The notes under the pieces: generated by a model
Seen by the model: only the letters and a program-made list of their open reading frames with translations
Database searches by the model: none
Told to the model about the DNA's origin: nothing
In this document: piece by piece, positions 17,101 to 25,865 of the stretch
How the letters are laid out: every line of letters starts with the position of its first letter
How positions within the stretch are numbered: position 1 is the stretch's first letter
NCBI GenBank assembly: GCA_039933875.1
Contig: JBDTNF010000211.1
Span: 1-59,536, forward strand
Direction: 5' to 3'
DNA from: Flavobacteriales bacterium
Lineage (GTDB): Bacteria > Bacteroidota > Bacteroidia > Flavobacteriales_F > PHOS-HE28
Length of the DNA stretch: 59,536 nucleotides
Program-made: the position numbers and the translations under genes

Positions 17101-17850
17101 ATGGCCGAAATGAACAACAAGGACCTTCGATTGGCGGTGCTGATCGACGCGGACAATGTGCCCAGCCGGTCCGTCAAGGAGATGATGGAGGAGATGTCCA
17201 AGTATGGCACCCCCACCTTCAAGCGGATCTATGGCGATTGGACCAACACCGCACTCAGCGGCTGGAAACAGGTGCTCAACGAGCACGCCATCGTTCCGGT
17301 GCAGCAGTTCAGCTATACAAGCGGCAAGAACTCCACCGACTCGGCCCTCATCATCGATGCCATGGACATCCTCTACACCCGCCGGGTCGATGGGTTCTTC
17401 ATCGTGAGCAGCGACAGCGACTTCACGCGTCTGGCGACACGCTTGCGCGAGGAAGGCATGCGGGTGTTCGGCATGGGCGAGCGGAAAACGGCGGTGCCCT
17501 TCATCAAGGCCTGCGAGAAGTTCATCTACATCGAAGTACTTCGGCCCGAACCCGTGGCCGCGCGGAGCTTGGGCAAGGGCCAACCTGTGCAGAAGCCCAA
17601 GGCCTTCCGCGACCCGGAGCTCGAAGCGCTCGTCATCAGCACCATCGAGGACATGGCCGACGATGCCGGCTGGGTCGATATGGGCGGCCTGGGCAATGGC
17701 TTGCTGAAGAAGCGGTCGGACTTCGACCCCCGCAACTACGGCTTCAAAAAGCTCACCGACCTCATCATGGCCATGCACGGTGTGGTGGTGGAAGCGCGCA
17801 GCACCGGCCAGGGGAATGTGAAACACTACTACCTCAGGCTGAAGAGCTAG
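17101..17850 (+). CDS. NYN-domain (LabA/DUF88) putative RNase with C-terminal OST-HTH/LOTUS domain
   Basis: LIDADN, KRIYGDW, GKNSTD.ALIIDAMD, SSDSDF, FDPRNYGFKKL. Confidence 0.92.
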   Translation: MAEMNNKDLRLAVLIDADNVPSRSVKEMMEEMSKYGTPTFKRIYGDWTNTALSGWKQVLNEHAIVPVQQFSYTSGKNSTDSALIIDAMDILYTRRVDGFFIVSSDSDFTRLATRLREEGMRVFGMGERKTAVPFIKACEKFIYIEVLRPEPVAARSLGKGQPVQKPKAFRDPELEALVISTIEDMADDAGWVDMGGLGNGLLKKRSDFDPRNYGFKKLTDLIMAMHGVVVEARSTGQGNVKHYYLRLKS

Positions 17851-17910
17851 GGCGCCTTGCTCGAACGAAGCCAAGCTTCAACGTGGGCCGGTATCTTCGC
17901 GACCCATTCC

Positions 17911-19446
17911 ATGAGTGTCCGAGTCCGTTTCGCCCCAAGCCCCACCGGTCCCCTGCACATGGGCGGTGTGCGCACCGCCTTGTACAACTACCTCTTCGCG
18001 CGCAAACACGGCGGGCAGTTCCTTCTGCGTATCGAGGATACCGACCAGGCGCGTTTCGTGCCCGGCGCCGAGGAGTACATCAAGGAGTCGTTGGAGTGGT
18101 GCGGGCTTGTGCCCGACGAAAGCCCGTGGGTGGGCGGCCCCGATGGTCCCTACCGCCAGAGCGATCGCAAGGCCTTGTACAAGCAGTACGCCGATGAACT
18201 CATCGCGGGCGACAAGGCCTATTACGCGTTCGACACGCCGGAGGAACTGGATGCGATGCGCGAGCGCCTGAAGGCTGCGGGTGTAGCGGCCCCGGCCTAT
18301 AACGCCGTCACGCGCGAGCACATGAAGAACAGCCTCACGCTGAGCGCCGACGAAACGAAGGAGCGGTTGGCGCGTGGCGATGAATACGTCATCCGGTTGA
18401 AGGTGCCTCGCCATGCCGAGGTGCGTTTCGAGGACATCATCCGCGGCTGGGTGGTGGTGCACAGTGCCAACATCGACGATAAAGTGCTGTTCAAGAGCGA
18501 TGGCATGCCCACCTACCACCTCGCCAACATCGTCGATGATCATTTGATGCGCATCACGCACGTCATCCGCGGTGAGGAGTGGTTGCCGAGCGCCCCGCTG
18601 CACGTGCTCATCTACGAAGCCTTTGGTTGGGAGCGTCCGCAATTCGCGCACCTGCCGCTCATCCTCAAGCCCGATGGCAATGGCAAGCTCAGCAAGCGCG
18701 ATGGCGATCGCCTCGGCTTCCCGGTGTTCTCGCTCAACTGGACCGATCCCACAAGCGGTGAGAAGAGCAGTGGCTACCGCGAGCGTGGTTACTACCCCGA
18801 GGCCTTCATCAACATGCTCGCCCTGCTCGGCTGGAACCCCGGCACCGATCAGGAGATCATGAGCATTGCCGAACTCACGCAACTCTTCGACCTGGAGCGC
18901 GTGCACAAGGGTGGGGCGAAGTTCGATCCGGAGAAGACCAAGTGGTTCAACCAACAGTACCTGCGTATGCGGCCCGATGCGGAACTCGGCGCACAGCTGC
19001 AGGTGAGGTTGAAGGAGAAAGGCATCGACACGACGGTCGAACGCGCCACACGGGCCGCCACCTTGCTGAAGGAGCGCGCCACCTTCGTGGAGGACATGCT
19101 TGAGGGCACCTATCTCTTCACGGCGGGCTCTCCGCTCAAAGGCAATGATGCCGCCAACGAGGAGTTAAAGAAGCGCTGGAAGCCCGAAGCAGCCCCAGCG
19201 CTGGAAGCCTACATCACCAAGCTCGCCACCCTTTCGCCCTTTCACCCTTCCACTCTTGAACCAGCGTTCAACGAGGTGCTCCAGTCACTCGGTTTGAAGG
19301 TCGGCCAGGTCATGCCGGTGTACCGCTTGTTCGTGGCGGGCCGCATGCAAGGCCCCGGCATGTTCGACGTGAGCGCATTGCTTGGCAGGGAGGAGGTGAT
19401 CGCCCGGCTCAAGGCCGGCCTCGAGCTCTGTCGCACATGGGCCTGA
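17911..19446 (+). CDS. gltX: Glutamate--tRNA ligase
   Basis: RVRFAPSPTG.LHMGG (HIGH), RIEDTD, HVIRGEEW, KLSKR (KMSKS). Confidence 0.97.
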   Translation: MSVRVRFAPSPTGPLHMGGVRTALYNYLFARKHGGQFLLRIEDTDQARFVPGAEEYIKESLEWCGLVPDESPWVGGPDGPYRQSDRKALYKQYADELIAGDKAYYAFDTPEELDAMRERLKAAGVAAPAYNAVTREHMKNSLTLSADETKERLARGDEYVIRLKVPRHAEVRFEDIIRGWVVVHSANIDDKVLFKSDGMPTYHLANIVDDHLMRITHVIRGEEWLPSAPLHVLIYEAFGWERPQFAHLPLILKPDGNGKLSKRDGDRLGFPVFSLNWTDPTSGEKSSGYRERGYYPEAFINMLALLGWNPGTDQEIMSIAELTQLFDLERVHKGGAKFDPEKTKWFNQQYLRMRPDAELGAQLQVRLKEKGIDTTVERATRAATLLKERATFVEDMLEGTYLFTAGSPLKGNDAANEELKKRWKPEAAPALEAYITKLATLSPFHPSTLEPAFNEVLQSLGLKVGQVMPVYRLFVAGRMQGPGMFDVSALLGREEVIARLKAGLELCRTWA

Positions 19447-19787
19447 TCGAGGTCAACGGCATTCGCGTTTTCGCCTATCACGGCTGTCTGGAGGAGGAGG
19501 CCCGCATCGGTGGTCACTACCGGGTCGATGTGGCCGTGGAAGGGGATTTCTCCAAGGCGGAGGCCAGCGACCAGTTGCGCGATACGGTGGATTATGGGCG
19601 GGTAACGGCCATTGTGAAGGAGCAGATGGCGCAACGCGGCAAGTTGATCGAACACGTGGGCCGACGCATCATGGACGCGCTCAGGGCCGAATGGCCTGCC
19701 GACTTCCGCTGGCGGGTGCGCCTGGTGAAGGAGCGCCCCCCGGTGAACGGCGATGTCGATCACGTGGTGTATGTCCTCGAAGGATAG
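19437..19787 (+). CDS. folB: Dihydroneopterin aldolase
   Basis: FAYHGCLEEE, SD.L.DTVDY, LIEH, K..PP. Confidence 0.93.
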   Translation: MGLIEVNGIRVFAYHGCLEEEARIGGHYRVDVAVEGDFSKAEASDQLRDTVDYGRVTAIVKEQMAQRGKLIEHVGRRIMDALRAEWPADFRWRVRLVKERPPVNGDVDHVVYVLEG

Positions 19788-19824
19788 GGACATTCCACAA
19801 CCGCCTATCTTCGCCGACCATTCT

Positions 19825-19895
19825 GGTCGCGTGGCCGAGTGGCTAGGCACAGCTCTGCAAAAGCTGCTACTGCGGTTCGAATCCGCACGCGACCT
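19825..19895 (+). tRNA. tRNA-Cys (GCA)
   Basis: Acceptor stem GGTCGCG/CGCGACC, discriminator U, D arm GCCGAGTGGCTAGGC, anticodon arm CAGCT-CTGCAAA-AGCTG, T loop TTCGAAT; CCA not encoded. Confidence 0.95.
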
Positions 19896-19905
19896 CCGAT
19901 CAGCT

Positions 19906-19937
19906 GGTGCTCCGGGTAACCGGAGCACTTCGCTTTT
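19906..19937 (+). terminator. Intrinsic terminator after tRNA-Cys
   Basis: 9-bp stem GTGCTCCGG/CCGGAGCAC with GTAA tetraloop, followed by TTCGCTTTT. Confidence 0.75.
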
Positions 19938-19953
19938 CAGTGAACTTGTCGAA

Positions 19954-19989
19954 CCCCCTCTCCTTGGGAGAGGGCTGGGGTGAGGGGGC
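19954..19989. repeat. REP-like palindromic element
   Basis: CCCCCTCTCC-TTG-GGAGAGGG-CT-GGGGTGAGGGGGC hairpin with G-rich tail. Confidence 0.6.
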
Positions 19990-20065
19990 TTTTTCGTTGC
20001 TGCCCGTACCTTGCCCATACCGATCGCGCCCAAGGCGCGTTGTGAGCATTGCCCTTATCCTTGCC

Positions 20066-22435
20066 ATGTCCGTGAACCGTATTCTGCTCCTCTTCGTTCT
20101 TGTGCTGGGGTCGACCTGCGCAGCCACTGCCCAGTCCCAGGAAGCCATTGGTAAATGGCGCGACCACTTCCCCTATCGCAACATGGTGGCCGTGGCCGAG
20201 GGTGGCGGTAACTTCTATTGCGCCACAGCCACGGGCCTGTTCCGGTACACCCCGGGCTCGGGCGAGATCCAGCGCCTGAACAAGGTGAACGCATTGAACG
20301 ACGTGGGCATCCAGGGACTGGCCTGGAACGAGACCCTCGGTATGCTGCTGGTCTACTACACCAACGGCAACCTGGATCTGATCCAGGGGGAGTCCAGCTA
20401 CAACATGGGCGATATCAAGCGGAGTTCGCTGCTGGGTAACAAGGGGATCTACTCGGTGTATTTCGAAGGCCCGATCGCCTTCCTCGGCTGCGGCTTCGGC
20501 ATCGTGAAAGTGGATCTGGCGCGGCGGGAGGTGCGCGAGACCTGGTTCATTGGTCCTTCGGGCGCGCAGGTGCAGGTGAACGGGATCACGGTTTTCCAGG
20601 ATTCCATTTATGCAGCGACCACCACCGGGCTGTTCGTCGCGAAACGAACAGCCGCCAACCTGGCCTCGTTCGATAACTGGCACAAGCGTGCCGACATGGG
20701 GGTGGGCATGGCCGATGGGCCTTTCAGTGCCGCTGTCCGCTTCGGCGACCGGCTCCTGGTGAATTACAAGGGCACGACCGGAGGCGACACATTGCTCACC
20801 ATGGAGGGCAGCAACACATGGGGGCGATTCTCGCCCTTGTTCGGGTATGCGAACAACAACCTCAACGTCTCCGCCGATGGCGCCTACCTCGTGATCCCGC
20901 ATGAGTACGATGTTCAGCTCTACGACCTGAGCCTCACGATGCTCAATTCCATCTATGGCTATCTCGGCACCTTCGCCAACCCCACGCAGGCCATCCGCGG
21001 AAGCGACACGTACTTCTGGGTCGCCGACCGCAACCAGGGTCTGGTGCGCTCACCCGGAGGGGATCAGGGAACAGGTGTGCGGCCCAGTGGCCCCTCCACC
21101 GCGAACACGTGGCGCATGGCCAGCAGCGGAGGGGCCGTGTATGTGGCCACCGGTGCGTTGGCGGGCAACTGGACGAACAGCTTCCTGAAGGATGGCATAC
21201 ACTACTTCCAACAAGGGGAGTGGAGAACGATCGATCGCAGTACAAGCCCGTTGATGGACCACGGTGCCAACACGTTCGGCGGAACGGTCAATGATGTGGT
21301 GGCGGTGATCGTGGATCCCGACGATGCCGCACACGCGTTCGTAGGCAGCTGGGAGGAGGGACTGATCGAGGTGGTGAACGGACAACCGGTGACCATCTAC
21401 AATGCGGACAACAGCAGCCTCCAGATCGAGATCAATGCGACAGAGGGCAAAGTGCTTGTCGCGGGACTGGACTATGACAGGGACAATAACCTGTGGATGA
21501 CCAACCCGAACACCAATTCGCCGATCGCCGTGAGGACGAAGGCGGGCGATTGGCACAGTTATTCCCCAGGCAATCTGCTCAATGGGAACAACCTCGTGTC
21601 GGATATCGTGGCGGCCAGCAACGGCTACAAATGGATCGTGCGTCCGCGTGGTAATGGTCTGCTCGTGTTCGACGACGGAGGCACCGTCGGGGAAACAGGG
21701 GATGACCAATACAAGGTCTTGAACAACATCGTGGGCACGGGCGGATTGCCGGCTCCGGACGTTTTCTGTGTAGCCGAAGATGAGGATGGCCAGATGTGGG
21801 TCGGCACCTCCAAGGGGATCGCGGTGTTCTACACACCCTCGGCGATCTTCGAAAGCGAGGATTATGATGCACAGCAGATCCTTATCGAACAAGACGGCAA
21901 CGTCCAGATCCTCCTGGAGACGGAGTACGTGAGCGCGATCGCCATCGATGGCGCGAACCGGAAATGGATCGGCACACAGACCGGTGGTGTATACCTCGTC
22001 TCTGCCGACGGACGCGAACAGATCCACCACTTCACCGCCGCGAACAGTCCGCTTCCCAGTGACAACATCACCGCGATCGCCATCGAAGGGACCTCCGGAG
22101 AGGTATACCTCGCCACGGACCGGGGCATCATGAGCTACCGCAGCGATGCCACCGAAGGGGCCGATGAGAACACATGCGCAACGGTCTTCCCGAACCCGGT
22201 TCACGAGACCTATACCGGCCCCATCGCGATCAGTGGCCTGGTGCGCGACAGCGAAGTGAAGATCACCGATGTGAGCGGCAATCTCGTTTACCGCACCACC
22301 TCGCTGGGCGGGCAGGCCATCTGGACGGGCAACGACATGAGCGGGAATCGCGTTTCCACCGGTGTATACCTGATCCTCGCCACCGACCGCTACGGTACCT
22401 TCAAGTGCAATACGAAGGTGCTCGTTGCCCGCTGA
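20066..22435 (+). CDS. porZ: T9SS component PorZ (beta-propellers plus CTD)
   Basis: G.WRDHFPY start, Y.NGN.DL, AIDGANRKWIGT..GG, FT..NSPLPS..I, FPNPV...G..VSTGVYL CTD; directly upstream of recO. Confidence 0.88.
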   Translation: MSVNRILLLFVLVLGSTCAATAQSQEAIGKWRDHFPYRNMVAVAEGGGNFYCATATGLFRYTPGSGEIQRLNKVNALNDVGIQGLAWNETLGMLLVYYTNGNLDLIQGESSYNMGDIKRSSLLGNKGIYSVYFEGPIAFLGCGFGIVKVDLARREVRETWFIGPSGAQVQVNGITVFQDSIYAATTTGLFVAKRTAANLASFDNWHKRADMGVGMADGPFSAAVRFGDRLLVNYKGTTGGDTLLTMEGSNTWGRFSPLFGYANNNLNVSADGAYLVIPHEYDVQLYDLSLTMLNSIYGYLGTFANPTQAIRGSDTYFWVADRNQGLVRSPGGDQGTGVRPSGPSTANTWRMASSGGAVYVATGALAGNWTNSFLKDGIHYFQQGEWRTIDRSTSPLMDHGANTFGGTVNDVVAVIVDPDDAAHAFVGSWEEGLIEVVNGQPVTIYNADNSSLQIEINATEGKVLVAGLDYDRDNNLWMTNPNTNSPIAVRTKAGDWHSYSPGNLLNGNNLVSDIVAASNGYKWIVRPRGNGLLVFDDGGTVGETGDDQYKVLNNIVGTGGLPAPDVFCVAEDEDGQMWVGTSKGIAVFYTPSAIFESEDYDAQQILIEQDGNVQILLETEYVSAIAIDGANRKWIGTQTGGVYLVSADGREQIHHFTAANSPLPSDNITAIAIEGTSGEVYLATDRGIMSYRSDATEGADENTCATVFPNPVHETYTGPIAISGLVRDSEVKITDVSGNLVYRTTSLGGQAIWTGNDMSGNRVSTGVYLILATDRYGTFKCNTKVLVAR

Positions 22436-22472
22436 TCGACCACGTTGATCCGACCCGAGGTCGGCCCCCCAC

Positions 22473-23186
22473 ATGCTGCAAACCACGCGCGCCATCGTAT
22501 TGAAGACGATCCGGCATGGCGACCGCACGGTTGTGCTGAAAGCTTGGACCGAACGGTTCGGGACACGATCGTACATGGTGCGGGCCGGAGGGAAGCGCGG
22601 CGTGGCCTCCGCCGCTCTTCAACCGCTGAACCGGCTCGAATTGGTGGTGGACGAGCATCCCGAGCGGGACCTGCATGCTGTGCGTGAGTTGCGCGTCGAA
22701 CGACCGTACATGCGCGTACCCTTCGATCCGGTGCGCGGCGCGTTGGCGTTGTTCGTTCAGGAGGTCTTGTACAAGGTGCTTCGTGGCGAATCGCCCGATG
22801 ATGCGTTGAACGCCTTCGTGGAAGAGACGCTCGAAGCGATGGATTCCGCGGAGGATATCCGCCATTTCCCTCTGGTGTTCCTGCTGCAGCTATCCGGGCA
22901 TCTTGGTTTCTTCCCTGAGGCGCCTGCCGGGAGGGAGGAGCACTTCGATCTGCGTGAAGGACACTTCGTCGCTGCCACGCATCCGCATGGTCACACGCTT
23001 GGCCCACCGTTGAGCCGTGCGTTCATCAGCTTGCTCGAGGTGGACTTCGGTCGGATGCACAAGCTGGATCTTCCCGCAGCGCAACGCAGGGAGCTTCTTG
23101 ATCACCTCCTGCTCTATTTCCGGCTGCACCTGGAGGGCCTCGGCGAGCTGCGCTCGCCAGCTGTTCTGCACGAGGCACTGAGCTAG
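22473..23186 (+). CDS. recO: DNA repair protein RecO
   Basis: T.AIVLK.I..GD, T..FG, LQPL, LGFFP, FDLREG.F, LRS..VL.E. Confidence 0.93.
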   Translation: MLQTTRAIVLKTIRHGDRTVVLKAWTERFGTRSYMVRAGGKRGVASAALQPLNRLELVVDEHPERDLHAVRELRVERPYMRVPFDPVRGALALFVQEVLYKVLRGESPDDALNAFVEETLEAMDSAEDIRHFPLVFLLQLSGHLGFFPEAPAGREEHFDLREGHFVAATHPHGHTLGPPLSRAFISLLEVDFGRMHKLDLPAAQRRELLDHLLLYFRLHLEGLGELRSPAVLHEALS

Positions 23187-23228
23187 GCGGGGACCTTCCC
23201 GCGCGTACTTTCGGCCTCCGTTCGCACC

Positions 23229-25409
23229 ATGCGTCGCCTCATCCTCCTTCTCCCGCTGACGCTCCTGGACGCAGCGTGCCAGAACGCCCCCGCCCCCATG
23301 AACGATACCGACCGGCCCACACCACCCGTGGCCGCCAAGCGTCCGCATGCGCTCACCGCGCACGGGCATACCCGCAACGATGAGTATTACTGGATGCGCC
23401 TGAGCGAGGAGCAACGCAACGCGGATCCTCCCGATGCGCACACGAAGGAGGTGGTCGATCTCCTGAACGCGGAGAACGCGTACACTGAAGCTGTTCTTGC
23501 ACCAGTGAAGCAACTGCGCGAGGACCTCTTCAAGGAGATGAAGGCGCGCATCAAGGAGACCGACCTCAGCGTGCCCTACCGGGAGAACGGCTATTGGTAC
23601 CAGTTCCGGTTCGAGGAGGACAAGGAGTACGCGGTGCATGTGCGTCGCAAGGACAGCCCGGAAGCGAAGGACGAGGACTTCCTCAACGAGAACACGCTGG
23701 CGGAGGGATCCACCTATTTTGATCTGGGGGACTACGAGATCAGCCCCGGCAATGGACTGGTGGGGTATAGCGTGGACCGGATCGGGCGTCGCCAGTACGA
23801 GATCCGTTTCCGGGACCTCGTCACCGGCAAGGACCTTCCCGATGTGATCGATAACACCGGTGGTGGATGTGCGTGGGCCGATGACCGTACGGTGTTCTAT
23901 CCGCGCAAGGACCATACCCTGCGCAGCTACCGGATCTATCGCCACGTGCTGGGCACCGATCCGGCGACGGATGTTGTCGTGTACGAGGAAAAGGACGGGG
24001 CCTTCAGTTGCGATGTTTACCGCAGCCGGTCCGAGCGTTTCGTGATGATCGTGACGGAAAGCACGTTGAGCAGCGAGCATCATTACCTGCCGGTCGAGGA
24101 ACCCATGGGCGCGTTCTCCGTTTTCCTGCCGCGCGAGGAGGAACATGAGCATTCGGTGATGCACGTGCCGGGGTCGAACGGCAAGCCGGGTAGTTGGTAT
24201 ATCCTGACGAATTGGAAGGCGCAGAACTTCCGGCTGATGCAATGCGCCGAAGGCGACACACGCGACAAGCGGAAATGGAAGGAGGTCCTTCCGCACCGCA
24301 AGGATGTCCTGCTGGAGGATGTGGATACCTTCAAGGACCACCTCGTTTTCAGCGAGCGGAAGGACGGGCTGACGCATCTGCGCATCCGCGAGCTCAGTAC
24401 GGGTGCCGAGCATGAGATCGCGTTCAACGATCCCGCGTATGTGGCCTACACAGGAACGAACCCGGAGTGGGATACCGACAAGCTGCGCTATGGGTACACA
24501 TCGCTCACAACGCCGAACGGGGTGTATGAGCACGACCTGAACACCGCCACGGATACGCTGTTGAAGCAACAGGAAGTGGTCGGCGATTTCGATGCTTCAC
24601 GGTATTCGAGCGAGCGCATCTGGGTCGATGTGCGCGATGGCGAGCGCGTTCCGGTGAGCATCGTTTATCGAAAAGGGACGAAGCGCGATGGCACAGCGCC
24701 GTTGTTGCTTTATGGCTACGGCAGCTACGGCAACAGCATCGACCCGACCTTCAGCAGCTCACGACTTTCGATGCTTGATCGCGGGTTCATTTTCGCCATC
24801 GCCCACATCCGTGGTGGCGAGGAATTGGGTCGAGAGTGGTACGACAACGGGAAGATGGAGCACAAGATGAACACCTTCACCGACTTCATCGATTGCGCCG
24901 AAGCCCTGGAAAAAAGGAAATACGCCGATCCCCAACGGCTGTTCGCCTGGGGCGGCAGCGCAGGCGGGTTGCTCATGGGTGCCGTCGTGAACATGCGTCC
25001 GGAATTGTGGAACGGCGTGATAGCGGAAGTGCCTTTTGTCGACGTCGTGACCACGATGCTCGACGACAGCATACCCCTGACCACAGGTGAGTTCGATGAA
25101 TGGGGCGATCCCAAGGAGAAGGAGGCCTACGACCGCCTGCTCAGCTATTCACCGTACGACAACGTGAAGGATGCTGCGTATCCCGCGCTGCTTGTCACCA
25201 CCGGGTTCCACGACAGCCAGGTGCAGTACTGGGAGCCGGCCAAGTGGGTGCAACGCTTGCGCGAACACCAGAAGGGCGATAACCCGATCCTGCTCAATAC
25301 GAACATGGAAGCCGGCCACGGTGGAGCCTCCGGTCGATTCGAGATGTTGAAGGAGGTGGCGCTGAACTACGCGTTCCTGCTCATGCGGGCAGGACTCGTT
25401 GGGAACTAG
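23229..25409 (+). CDS. ptrB: Oligopeptidase B (S9A), probable lipoprotein
   Basis: HG..R.D.Y.WMR, YGYGSYG, GGSAGG nucleophile, HDSQV, AGHGG; N-terminal AAC lipobox-like segment. Confidence 0.93.
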   Translation: MRRLILLLPLTLLDAACQNAPAPMNDTDRPTPPVAAKRPHALTAHGHTRNDEYYWMRLSEEQRNADPPDAHTKEVVDLLNAENAYTEAVLAPVKQLREDLFKEMKARIKETDLSVPYRENGYWYQFRFEEDKEYAVHVRRKDSPEAKDEDFLNENTLAEGSTYFDLGDYEISPGNGLVGYSVDRIGRRQYEIRFRDLVTGKDLPDVIDNTGGGCAWADDRTVFYPRKDHTLRSYRIYRHVLGTDPATDVVVYEEKDGAFSCDVYRSRSERFVMIVTESTLSSEHHYLPVEEPMGAFSVFLPREEEHEHSVMHVPGSNGKPGSWYILTNWKAQNFRLMQCAEGDTRDKRKWKEVLPHRKDVLLEDVDTFKDHLVFSERKDGLTHLRIRELSTGAEHEIAFNDPAYVAYTGTNPEWDTDKLRYGYTSLTTPNGVYEHDLNTATDTLLKQQEVVGDFDASRYSSERIWVDVRDGERVPVSIVYRKGTKRDGTAPLLLYGYGSYGNSIDPTFSSSRLSMLDRGFIFAIAHIRGGEELGREWYDNGKMEHKMNTFTDFIDCAEALEKRKYADPQRLFAWGGSAGGLLMGAVVNMRPELWNGVIAEVPFVDVVTTMLDDSIPLTTGEFDEWGDPKEKEAYDRLLSYSPYDNVKDAAYPALLVTTGFHDSQVQYWEPAKWVQRLREHQKGDNPILLNTNMEAGHGGASGRFEMLKEVALNYAFLLMRAGLVGN

Positions 25410-25657
25410 CTCGCCAGGCTTTCCGCGTGCACGATCTCATCGGGCTGCATCGGGATCACGCCGATGGGTTGACGTGGATCATGCTGCAAACGCTCGTAGT
25501 CACGCACACTGGCGAAGTACAAACGCTTCGAATTGGCGAGTTGTCCGGTAAGGTCCGTGGTCTCCACTTCCCATACGACACCGAACACCTCCTTGCCCGA
25601 ACGAAGCTTGAAGCGACAGTGCTTATGGGTGAAATCCCTGATGTGTGCGAAATCCAT
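25406..25657 (-). CDS. Small hypothetical protein, possible Sm/LSm-like fold
   Basis: 83 aa from MDFAHI; CRFKLRSGKEVFGVV pattern; promoter-like TACTTTTC ~22 nt upstream supports this start. Confidence 0.6.
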   Translation of the reverse strand: MDFAHIRDFTHKHCRFKLRSGKEVFGVVWEVETTDLTGQLANSKRLYFASVRDYERLQHDPRQPIGVIPMQPDEIVHAESLAS

Positions 25658-25865
25658 GATGACCGTTCTACGCTCACCGAAAAGTACGGGGAGGTGATGC
25701 GCCGATGCGTTGTGTTTTTTCAACAGCGGTGACCGTTCTGTTCAAAAAACGGAATGCGTGCGACGCTATTGCTTGGCCATCAGTGCAATGCGGAAAAGCA
25801 TGTAAAACGGAGAATGTGTGCAATCTCCGCGGCGATGGCGTCCGGAAGGACGGAAGTACGAAGGG

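Noticed and set aside
17101-17850. NYN/LOTUS protein as a toxin or defence nuclease
   Set aside because: Widespread stand-alone family with host-like composition; no antitoxin or defence neighbours.
19825-19989. tRNA-Cys as an integration site for an island
   Set aside because: No integrase or duplicated tRNA 3' end seen; porZ-recO follow directly.
25764-25780. Possible sigma-54 -24/-12 site (TGGCCA-N5-TAGC, minus strand)
   Set aside because: Correct GG-N10-GC spacing but a poor consensus match; likely chance in GC-rich DNA.
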